From: Phormidium sp.
Lineage (GTDB): Bacteria > Cyanobacteriota > Cyanobacteriia > Cyanobacteriales > Aerosakkonemataceae
DNA length: 64,000 nt
NCBI GenBank assembly: GCA_051013385.1
Contig: CP143273.1
Location: 576,001 to 640,000 of the forward strand
Direction: 5' to 3'
Part shown: positions 41,409 through 51,900 of the stretch, in pieces
Numbering within the stretch: the stretch's first letter is position 1
Layout: every line of letters starts with the position of its first letter
Program-made: the position numbers and the translations under genes
The notes under the pieces: generated by a model
Databases searched by the model: none
What the model was told of the DNA's origin: nothing
Seen by the model: the letters and a program-made list of their open reading frames with translations, nothing else

Positions 41409-43132
41409 TTATTAAAGGACTTACAGAAGTAGCAAATCAGTTAGGAATTATGCCTGAAAAATCAGTTTCTGTTTCTCCTGTAACAAGAGAGTGTCAGGCA
41501 AATCCGCAAGATATTCCTATGATGTATCGCGCTCAAGTGGATGGGCGTTGTAGCTTGCAGTATGCTGGTAATAATTCAGATAGAAATCAGTGGTTGAAAG
41601 AATGGGTGCGCCCTAAACCGGATTTGGAACCATGCTACCAATATAATGAAGCCGAAGGTTTAGACGGTACTATTTACCGTGTTAAAGTTGCATTTCCTTT
41701 TCGACTATTTAGCAATTGTGGTCAAGACAGCATTGCACGTCCTGTATTAGGAAAATATGGGATTCCCTTTATCCCTGGTAGTAGCGTAAAAGGTGTATTT
41801 TTAAGACTTTGTATATCTGGACAAGTCGAGCAATCAGTAAAAGATAGAGTTAGAGAATACTGTGGTGATGAAAATAAACCTGGTATTTTGCGATTTCACG
41901 GTGCTTACCCTTTAGGAAATTGGTCACAACGGATAGTAGACATAGCTTATCCACAACAAAATCGCCAAGTAGGAAATCCTCAAATAGGAGGGGAAACTCC
42001 TAAAGCTCTGATTAGTCTTTATCAACCGAACATGATGTTTGAATTTAGTAGCGATCGCTTAACATCAGAGCAATTAAAGCAAGTTGGACTAACCTTAAGT
42101 GATGTTCTACGTCAAGGTTTAGGCGGAAAAATCAGTACAGGTTATGGTTTACCTTATGTCACCCGTCAGCGTTACGATCTAAGCGTTTACATAAAACAGG
42201 GTCAGGGAGTTACTCCAAAACTACTCAATGGAGAACCAGAATTTCGTTCTAATTTGTTTAAAGCGACTCTCAGAGGTCATGCTACTAGGTTACTAGCAGG
42301 TGCTTGTAGGGATGATAGCCCACAAGAGAAAGATCTTGTAAAAAGAAAAGTAGAGAGCTTTTTTGGCAGTACAAATAGCCCTGGAGTGTTAGAAATCTAT
42401 TGGAATGATAGAACTCTTGACAATTGGAAAAAAAGCAATAATTCTCAAGATATCTTTCAAGTTAAAGGAGATTTAAATATTTATTTAGATCTCGAAGCTT
42501 ATCCTGAGAAAATTGATGAGATTGAAAGAGCTAAAGCTAAGGCTAAAGATATTGAGTTTATCAAGTTGGTTCTAAAATTCGCTTATACTATCGGAGGCTT
42601 TGGGAAGTCATGGCGACGAGCTTGCCATGAAAAATTCTATAAAGCGGCGTACAATCCAAAGTATGACAAGTATATCGGTTGTCATTGGGAAGCAGATGAA
42701 GACTGGATTAATACCATTAAAAAGCCAGAAGATTTGAATATTTTTCTTAGGGAAGTAGAAAATTTTTGTCGAAATTACAGACAACCTAATTTAGCTCAAT
42801 ATTTAAATTGGAGAGAATCATGGCATAAACACCGAGTATGCGTTTATAGTCAGGTAGTTCAACAGTCTCAAATTATTAAGTTATTTCATACCGATCCTTA
42901 TGCAATTACTTTAGCAGTTGGAGGCAAAATTAAGCGAAACTCACAACCTACAGCAGTAAGTTTGGTTTGGCATCGGATGTTACCGCTATCTGACAAGAAA
43001 TATTTAGAAATAGTGACAATCTTTCATGGCGATCGCACTCCCTGGAACAACCAATTAAAACCCTTCACTGAAGCTATCAAATCAGCATTAAATGTTCCTA
43101 CCCCCACTTGGGGAAACGAGCCTAATTTTTGA
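41405..43132 (+). CDS. Double-RAMP protein (Cmr6-Cmr1-type fusion)
   Basis: First RAMP PFIPGSSVKG...GLGGKISTGYG; second RAMP FKATLRG...FFGS...GGFGKSWRR. Confidence 0.85.
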   Translation: MIIKGLTEVANQLGIMPEKSVSVSPVTRECQANPQDIPMMYRAQVDGRCSLQYAGNNSDRNQWLKEWVRPKPDLEPCYQYNEAEGLDGTIYRVKVAFPFRLFSNCGQDSIARPVLGKYGIPFIPGSSVKGVFLRLCISGQVEQSVKDRVREYCGDENKPGILRFHGAYPLGNWSQRIVDIAYPQQNRQVGNPQIGGETPKALISLYQPNMMFEFSSDRLTSEQLKQVGLTLSDVLRQGLGGKISTGYGLPYVTRQRYDLSVYIKQGQGVTPKLLNGEPEFRSNLFKATLRGHATRLLAGACRDDSPQEKDLVKRKVESFFGSTNSPGVLEIYWNDRTLDNWKKSNNSQDIFQVKGDLNIYLDLEAYPEKIDEIERAKAKAKDIEFIKLVLKFAYTIGGFGKSWRRACHEKFYKAAYNPKYDKYIGCHWEADEDWINTIKKPEDLNIFLREVENFCRNYRQPNLAQYLNWRESWHKHRVCVYSQVVQQSQIIKLFHTDPYAITLAVGGKIKRNSQPTAVSLVWHRMLPLSDKKYLEIVTIFHGDRTPWNNQLKPFTEAIKSALNVPTPTWGNEPNF

Positions 43133-43147
43133 GACTTAAAAGGAAAT

Positions 43148-44113
43148 ATGAAAAATAAACCGGGTTCTAAACGGCTGGGTTTGAGGATGCAACAAAAGGC
43201 GATCGCTATTCGCACTCGCTTGCAACCGCTTGGCAAGAGAGGATTGCAAATAGCTAGGTCAATCCCTAATTCGGCTATGAAATTAGTGAGTCGCCTTAGC
43301 AAGACAATCTCTAACTGCACTATTTATTTTATTCAATCTTTGCAATTGGGGCGGATTTTTCGCCGCTTGGGACTGCCTTTTTGGACGCTTTTAGGAATTG
43401 GATTTGCCGGGTGGTGGTTTGATAATGCAGGTGCATTAATTGAATCCTTAATACATTACATACTGTACTTGTTAAAGATTGAGGCAAATACCCCCGAATT
43501 ACCTACTTATTTACCTAAATTATTGATGTTCTTGATTCCTTGGGTAGCTATAATTAGCATTGGAATATGGCAAAGTTACGGGCGGAAAATAATTTTCAAA
43601 GGAATTTCTGGCAAACTGCGAAAGCCAGAAGGAAAAAAGGGCTTGATTTTACTGGTTAGTAACCCTGATAGTGCTAAGTTTGCTATTAACTATCATTATG
43701 TTGAAAAAGGTACTCTGGAAAAAGTTTGGCTGATTCCTTCCGATCCTAATGAAGAGGAAAAAAAGAAATTTGGTTCATCCACTATCAGCAAAATAGCTCC
43801 TATTAAAGATTATTGCAATGAGTTAAAAGTTAAATACGGCAGAAGTTTAGAAGTGGAAGATGAAAAGGGCGTTTCTCCTGGTGATGCTCAAGATACTTTT
43901 GACTATGTAAATCGAATCTACCGACAAAGTGGCTATGCAGAGCATGAATTAATTGCTGATTTTACTGGGGGGACAAAACCGATGTCGGTGGGAATGATTA
44001 TGGCTTGTTTGAAGCGCGATCGCGAGTTGGAATATGTCTCATACGTTCCACCAACATCTTTTGGGCCTTTTTTGATTGATTATCAGCATAGTGCTTTTGA
44101 TTTGATCGGGTGA
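43148..44113 (+). CDS. TM-CARF membrane effector (Cam1-like); start uncertain
   Basis: N-terminal hydrophobic helices; CARF motif IADFTGGTKPMSVG. Confidence 0.8.
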   Translation: MKNKPGSKRLGLRMQQKAIAIRTRLQPLGKRGLQIARSIPNSAMKLVSRLSKTISNCTIYFIQSLQLGRIFRRLGLPFWTLLGIGFAGWWFDNAGALIESLIHYILYLLKIEANTPELPTYLPKLLMFLIPWVAIISIGIWQSYGRKIIFKGISGKLRKPEGKKGLILLVSNPDSAKFAINYHYVEKGTLEKVWLIPSDPNEEEKKKFGSSTISKIAPIKDYCNELKVKYGRSLEVEDEKGVSPGDAQDTFDYVNRIYRQSGYAEHELIADFTGGTKPMSVGMIMACLKRDRELEYVSYVPPTSFGPFLIDYQHSAFDLIG

Positions 44114-44238
44114 TTGCGGTAAAGTGCGTCAATCGCACTCTCTGGAAACGCGAAAGGAAACACTAATTAAAATCGTTCACTGATGCAATCAAATTAGGTT
44201 TAAACATTACTATTTTACTTGGGAAACTACCCTAATTT

Positions 44239-45459
44239 ATGAGCAGAAAAATCATCACTTTTTTAGGTGCTGCACTCGCTACTAGCACTACTACCTACAC
44301 TTTTAAAGATGAAAATGACGAGGAGAAAAAATATGATGGTAAAGTGTTTCCAGAAGCACTTCGACAATTTTACAAATGTGAATATGACTTGATGTTGGTC
44401 TGTGTAACGGAAAAAGCTAAAGCTGTCAATTGGTCGGTATTAGAAGCACTTAAAGACTCTAAAATTCAAGCGGTTGATATCCCCACTGGCAATAATACTG
44501 CTGAAATGTGGCAAATATTCACCATTATTACAGGACATATCGAGAGGGGCGATCGCGTAATTTTTGATATCACTCACGGTTTGCGATCGCTTCCTTTTCT
44601 CGTCTTCTTATTTGCTGCCTATCTCAAAACAGCTAAACAAGTGATTATTGAGGCGATTTATTATGGTGCTTTCGATTTAAAATCTGAGAATAACGGCATA
44701 GCTCCTGTTATTGATCTATCAGAATTTGTATCTATGATTGACTGGATTGTTGCTAGCAATCAATTTGTGGAAACAGGAGATGCAAGGCAGCTATCTAAAT
44801 TGCTCAATCCCAATAGCGACAAGTCAGGTGCTAATTATGAAGCAGCAAAAACTCTTTTTGATGTTTCGTTTGCTACGTTACTTTGTCGGCCTATAGAATT
44901 AGGTAAACTAGCAGATGCTTTAGCTAAAGATTTGTTAGAGGCTGAACAACAGCAGCCAAATCGAGTTGTTCCTTTTGAAATGTTGCGCCAACAAGTTACT
45001 CAAACATTCAGTTCTTTTGTTGGTAATTTAGATAAAAATGCTAAGGAGGCTTTGCAAGCTCAGTTTCAACTAATTCACTGGTATCATAATAATAATCGCA
45101 TCATCGAAGCAATGACTCTGGCTAGGGAGTGGTTGTTAGCTGCTGTGAATTATAAGTTAGAGGGAAGTGTAGATATCGACGATCGATATACTCGTGAAGA
45201 TATTAATGACGCACTTTGGGAGATTAGCCAAAATACACCGCCTAGACAATTAAGAGATTATGGAAAAAAAATTCACCAATGGCCAGAAAAAAGACAATTA
45301 ATTGCTGTGTGGAATAAAGTACGAATTCTGCGAAATACTCTCGATCATGCTGGATATGAAAGGCACGCTCCTAATCCTAGTAAAATTGTTCAGAGTGCGA
45401 ATCAAGCAATAAGTTCTTTATCTGAATTAGCTAAGTGTTGGGGTTTGGGCAATTGTTAA
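44239..45459 (+). CDS. csx1: Csx1-type CARF-HEPN ribonuclease
   Basis: TFLG start, FDITHGLRSLP (DxTHG), YYGA, HEPN RNTLDH (R-X4-H). Confidence 0.9.
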   Translation: MSRKIITFLGAALATSTTTYTFKDENDEEKKYDGKVFPEALRQFYKCEYDLMLVCVTEKAKAVNWSVLEALKDSKIQAVDIPTGNNTAEMWQIFTIITGHIERGDRVIFDITHGLRSLPFLVFLFAAYLKTAKQVIIEAIYYGAFDLKSENNGIAPVIDLSEFVSMIDWIVASNQFVETGDARQLSKLLNPNSDKSGANYEAAKTLFDVSFATLLCRPIELGKLADALAKDLLEAEQQQPNRVVPFEMLRQQVTQTFSSFVGNLDKNAKEALQAQFQLIHWYHNNNRIIEAMTLAREWLLAAVNYKLEGSVDIDDRYTREDINDALWEISQNTPPRQLRDYGKKIHQWPEKRQLIAVWNKVRILRNTLDHAGYERHAPNPSKIVQSANQAISSLSELAKCWGLGNC

Positions 45460-45932
45460 GGTGTGTAAAGCGCGATCGCCTGATATGCGTCGATCGCGTA
45501 GCGTGCCGCTGGTAATCGCTCAACTCTGTTTCTCCATCTGCCAAAAATGCCCCAAATCCTTACCTTATCTAGTTTTGTCTGTGTTGCTGGAGTTGGCAAC
45601 CCCCATCGACGCACCTATTTACCCCCCATCCTCGCTGTTTGAGTGGAGGTGTGTAGGTAGATCTAAAGCACGGACTTCCTGAGAAGTTTACATCGCTCAA
45701 ACCATTGTTATATCTAGCTTTTGGTAAATTTGGGGAGTTGAGGATAAGCGATCGACACACCTAAAGCGATTCCTGTAACCTAGCAATTTGGTTAATCTAC
45801 GTCGATGCCTTGCCATGACTGGATTTGAGCCATGTTGTTGACCCCTTGTTTGATGTCGATCTACAATCTTTTTACTAGGTGCGTCGATTTGATGTCTAAA
45901 ACCCTCTCTGGGTAAAGGCTCTGCGGCGAACT
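45460..45932 (+). promoter_or_regulatory. CRISPR leader region
   Basis: Non-coding interval between csx1 and the first repeat; the degenerate repeat is at the opposite end of the array. Confidence 0.7.
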
Positions 45933-48900
45933 CCCTACCGATTGGGTTAATTCGGATTAGTTGGAAACCCTTGGAAGTTTAGAGATTCATAATCAGAATC
46001 ACCCTACCGATTGGGTTAATTCGGATTAGTTGGAAACAAAAAAACGATAAGCGCAATTGCAAAAAATCGTTTTATCCCTACCGATTGGGTTAATTCGGAT
46101 TAGTTGGAAACCGTTAAGAACAGAATCTTTGTTACAGTAAAATGCACCTCCCCCTACCGATTGGGTTAATTCGGATTAGTTGGAAACACTGTTGGATTCT
46201 CTACAACAAAAGGTTGTAGGGCAAACCCTACCGATTGGGTTAATTCGGATTAGTTGGAAACGGCTGGCAATTTAACCAGCAACCACCATTGTGGTAGTAC
46301 CCTACCGATTGGGTTAATTCGGATTAGTTGGAAACTCCTCCACCAGCAAGTGCCGGTAAGGACGGGGTAACAATACCCTACCGATTGGGTTAATTCGGAT
46401 TAGTTGGAAACTCTTGACGGTAATCTTTCCCAGCTTTTGGCTGGACTTTGTCCCCTACCGATTGGGTTAATTCGGATTAGTTGGAAACCGGAGTTACGCG
46501 GTTACTCGACGGCGTAACCCACCCAACCCTACCGATTGGGTTAATTCGGATTAGTTGGAAACGATTTGAGGAGCAGATTTGCCCGTATAACGATCCCAGC
46601 AACCCTACCGATTGGGTTAATTCGGATTAGTTGGAAACGAGGTGTCCCGCATGCAGCAGAAATATTGCAAAAACCCCTACCGATTGGGTTAATTCGGATT
46701 AGTTGGAAACAATCATGCTTTATTTAGATCGTGTCAAGACTGCATTCCCTACCGATTGGGTTAATTCGGATTAGTTGGAAACACTAAGCTCTGAACGCTT
46801 CCATCCCCGGATTCATCAACACCCCTACCGATTGGGTTAATTCGGATTAGTTGGAAACTTTTTGGTGGGTCGCCCGGGATTCGAACCCGGAACTAATCCC
46901 TACCGATTGGGTTAATTCGGATTAGTTGGAAACCCTAAGCTAAGCATATAAACAAAAACTTAGAAAAGATAAACCCTACCGATTGGGTTAATTCGGATTA
47001 GTTGGAAACCAAGAATTGAGGGTGGGTTGCTAGGAGTTGCGTTGGCCCTACCGATTGGGTTAATTCGGATTAGTTGGAAACCACCGGCGGATCTTCTTCC
47101 AATCCCGAGGAAGTTCCTTGGCCCTACCGATTGGGTTAATTCGGATTAGTTGGAAACGGTTGGGCAACATGCAGCATAAAAACTGCAAAAAAGCCAACCC
47201 TACCGATTGGGTTAATTCGGATTAGTTGGAAACGGAAACATAATGAAACATGTTAACAAACACTGTTTTAGCAATGCCCTACCGATTGGGTTAATTCGGA
47301 TTAGTTGGAAACCATTAAGCCAAGCAAGATCGCCTGACCTGCAAATGAATACCCCTACCGATTGGGTTAATTCGGATTAGTTGGAAACAAACACGTTCAT
47401 AAATTTCGGGAGTACCTTCAAACCCTACCGATTGGGTTAATTCGGATTAGTTGGAAACAAAACGGCGGTGTGAGAAACCAACAAGGTTTCTTTAAACCCC
47501 TACCGATTGGGTTAATTCGGATTAGTTGGAAACCTTCGGTTTCGAAGTCTGGTTGGTAGTAATTCTCTTCATCCCTACCGATTGGGTTAATTCGGATTAG
47601 TTGGAAACGTGTAATTCCCGGGATTATCCCACCCATTGGATGGGCCCTACCGATTGGGTTAATTCGGATTAGTTGGAAACGATCATTCCCGACCTTACAA
47701 CCGGTTGGTTTTTCAATCCCTACCGATTGGGTTAATTCGGATTAGTTGGAAACTTGGACAAAGGCAAACCCGAAGGCGGGTCCGCCTGTTGAGCCCTACC
47801 GATTGGGTTAATTCGGATTAGTTGGAAACAATACGAGACCACACAATTACCGAAAAATGTAATGGTGTGACCCTACCGATTGGGTTAATTCGGATTAGTT
47901 GGAAACAATTTGGGGCAAGAAGAAATCCTCCTGATCCGTTGTCCCTACCGATTGGGTTAATTCGGATTAGTTGGAAACTTATTATTTTGTAAGGCTGCAG
48001 ATCCAGAGTCACCTTTAACCCTACCGATTGGGTTAATTCGGATTAGTTGGAAACATCTAAATTACCCGCCATTTCGGCGGGTTTTGTTTCCCTACCGATT
48101 GGGTTAATTCGGATTAGTTGGAAACTAGTATTAGCACCTCCGGTAACCGTGTTTCCAACACCACCCTACCGATTGGGTTAATTCGGATTAGTTGGAAACA
48201 AATGATTTTACCGACCGCACTACCGAAATCATAGTATTCCCTACCGATTGGGTTAATTCGGATTAGTTGGAAACCTTCTTCTTGCTGAACTTCTTGGCTG
48301 TCTTGGTCACCCTACCGATTGGGTTAATTCGGATTAGTTGGAAACAATATTGGTTCATTTCCTTTTATTTCCAAAAATACCACAACCCTACCGATTGGGT
48401 TAATTCGGATTAGTTGGAAACCTTTTGAACACTTCTTCCCAAAAATTTTGGGAAAACCCTACCGATTGGGTTAATTCGGATTAGTTGGAAACTTCAATCG
48501 AGTTGATAATCAATCGACCATGAGCAGTTTCGACCCTACCGATTGGGTTAATTCGGATTAGTTGGAAACGTGTAAATTAATCCCCAGTAGTTAAAAATCT
48601 ACTTGGGGCCCTACCGATTGGGTTAATTCGGATTAGTTGGAAACTTCACACTCAGGTGTCAGGTAATTTTTTTTCGGCTCTTCCCTACCGATTGGGTTAA
48701 TTCGGATTAGTTGGAAACGATGAGACACCTTCAGTCTGGAAACGAACTGACCATGTCCCTACCGATTGGGTTAATTCGGATTAGTTGGAAACCAATTTGT
48801 AAAACTGCCCAACCCGAGACCTTTAATCCCTACCGATTGGGTTAATTCGGATTAGTTGGAAACTAAAGAGTCAGGTTACCAAAAACTAGAATTCTAGACC

Positions 48901-51900
48901 CTACCGATTGGGTTAATTCGGATTAGTTGGAAACACTAAAACCTGCGCAGCCTGCTCAGGCAACCCTTTATTTACACCCTACCGATTGGGTTAATTCGGA
49001 TTAGTTGGAAACCGCTGAAAATAAGTGATCAGGTAAGTGGAATGAAATATCATCCCTACCGATTGGGTTAATTCGGATTAGTTGGAAACGAGAGCGGAGA
49101 GCTCTTGGGTTTGAACTTCAGTTAACCCTACCGATTGGGTTAATTCGGATTAGTTGGAAACTCTTGTTGTTTTGCGGACTGTGTCAGCATTTTCCCCTTC
49201 CCTACCGATTGGGTTAATTCGGATTAGTTGGAAACGATCTCCAGGACAGTTGTCCTTAAGAAGGACAAACAAATCGGCCCTACCGATTGGGTTAATTCGG
49301 ATTAGTTGGAAACCAGGTAAAGTAGGGCAAAGCAGATCAGCAAAATCTCCAACCCTACCGATTGGGTTAATTCGGATTAGTTGGAAACCCTTGTAGAGAT
49401 TGGAAAAACCAATTCTACCGGAAAGACCCTACCGATTGGGTTAATTCGGATTAGTTGGAAACGCCTGGTTAGTTTCCAACTCGAGTTGCAATTCCACCCT
49501 ACCGATTGGGTTAATTCGGATTAGTTGGAAACTTGACGGGTTTGCGTTTTGACGCAAACGACGATTCAAACCCTACCGATTGGGTTAATTCGGATTAGTT
49601 GGAAACTTCGGTATGCCGTTGCCGGTTCCTTACCTCGTGTTCGTTTAAGCCCTACCGATTGGGTTAATTCGGATTAGTTGGAAACATAGATGCGTTTTCC
49701 GGTTTTCGGGTCAGTGCACCAAAACCCTACCGATTGGGTTAATTCGGATTAGTTGGAAACTTACATTGGTCGCACAAGCAACCAAACTCCACCCACACCC
49801 TACCGATTGGGTTAATTCGGATTAGTTGGAAACCAGGGAACACGCAAGAAACCGACCGGCAACGCATTCAAACCCTACCGATTGGGTTAATTCGGATTAG
49901 TTGGAAACACGTAAGTATTCAATATCATTATATTGGCGAAGACGTTGTACCCTACCGATTGGGTTAATTCGGATTAGTTGGAAACTCTGTTACGGCTGTC
50001 CATCCTGCAAAATCATTGGTACCCTACCGATTGGGTTAATTCGGATTAGTTGGAAACTTCAGGTACTGGCTGGGGGTTTTCTTTCAACAAAAGCCCTACC
50101 GATTGGGTTAATTCGGATTAGTTGGAAACAACCGGTTACTCCATTAGGTGTGCCAGTCAAGCTAACCCTACCGATTGGGTTAATTCGGATTAGTTGGAAA
50201 CATTTTTCTTGAGTAGGAATCCTAAACGTCACCACGCCCTACCGATTGGGTTAATTCGGATTAGTTGGAAACCAATCTCCACGATCAGCGGCGTTTTTGT
50301 ATGCCTGACCCCCTACCGATTGGGTTAATTCGGATTAGTTGGAAACAAAAGGGCTTGTAACTTTGCCAAAGGGAGGTGGGACCCTACCGATTGGGTTAAT
50401 TCGGATTAGTTGGAAACTCTGCTTCTTATTTTCAATTTGTCAGGTCAAAGGCCGTTTTCCCTACCGATTGGGTTAATTCGGATTAGTTGGAAACCTTTTT
50501 TTACTAGCAGAGTCATTTCCGCGATACATAGTCAGCCCTACCGATTGGGTTAATTCGGATTAGTTGGAAACGCTCAGGAAACCGCCAGAACAGTTGCAGT
50601 TGCAGCCCCTACCGATTGGGTTAATTCGGATTAGTTGGAAACTATATAATATAAAAAACTTTCTTTCCAGATTCTTTCCAGAGATACCCTACCGATTGGG
50701 TTAATTCGGATTAGTTGGAAACAATAGGTTGCAGCAGTCAAAGAATAAAACCAAACTTGACCCTACCGATTGGGTTAATTCGGATTAGTTGGAAACATGA
50801 TTGCGGACGTCCTCCCCAGCCTTTTTCAAGCTGCCCTACCGATTGGGTTAATTCGGATTAGTTGGAAACTTTGAATGCAGACTCCACCTCTGAACACTCC
50901 CCAGAGGACCCTACCGATTGGGTTAATTCGGATTAGTTGGAAACGTTAGCTTCATGATTTTTTTACCCAAATAAACAAATGAACAACCCTACCGATTGGG
51001 TTAATTCGGATTAGTTGGAAACGCTAGTATTAGCACCTCCGGTAACTGTGTTTCCAACGCCGACCCTACCGATTGGGTTAATTCGGATTAGTTGGAAACG
51101 ATTGAAAGAACTTCAGAGGGTTGAGCCTCACGTCCCTACCGATTGGGTTAATTCGGATTAGTTGGAAACAAGAAACAGCAATGATAGCAGCAAAACCAAC
51201 CAAGCCGAACCCTACCGATTGGGTTAATTCGGATTAGTTGGAAACACGCTCAGAATTAGCACCCCAAGCTGCTACACGGGCTGACCCTACCGATTGGGTT
51301 AATTCGGATTAGTTGGAAACCTGAAGAAAAGAAAGGCCTCCCCAATCGCTCATAGTTCCCCTACCGATTGGGTTAATTCGGATTAGTTGGAAACCAAAAC
51401 TGACCCGGCACGGAGGTGAAATAAAAAAAAAACCCTACCGATTGGGTTAATTCGGATTAGTTGGAAACGAATAATACTCCCCATCAGTTTTTTCACCTTT
51501 AAAGTTACCCTACCGATTGGGTTAATTCGGATTAGTTGGAAACCAGAATTGATTTACAAAGAAAGTACAAGAGTTCTTTTTCGCCCTACCGATTGGGTTA
51601 ATTCGGATTAGTTGGAAACCAGAGCTGCGAGGGTAGCGATAAAAAACAACGCAATCCCTACCGATTGGGTTAATTCGGATTAGTTGGAAACAAAAAAGGA
51701 CAATAAAAACCCAATTCTTGCGCAAAAACCCTACCGATTGGGTTAATTCGGATTAGTTGGAAACAAATCAACAACGTACACGTTATCTAAATAACAGACT
51801 ACGTCCCTACCGATTGGGTTAATTCGGATTAGTTGGAAACTTTCCATCTTTTAGCGGGATACGCACGGTTAAACCCTACCGATTGGGTTAATTCGGATTA

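Noticed and set aside
35519..44113. C-terminal Gly on SAVED (IYRG) and TM-CARF (LIG) as E1 substrates
   Set aside because: A single terminal Gly is common by chance, and there is no Ubl-like tail
45461..45760. Short ORFs after csx1 as cas2 or a ring nuclease
   Set aside because: No matching motifs; more consistent with leader DNA
46859..46897. Functional tRNA gene
   Set aside because: Only the 3' half is present, bounded by CRISPR repeats
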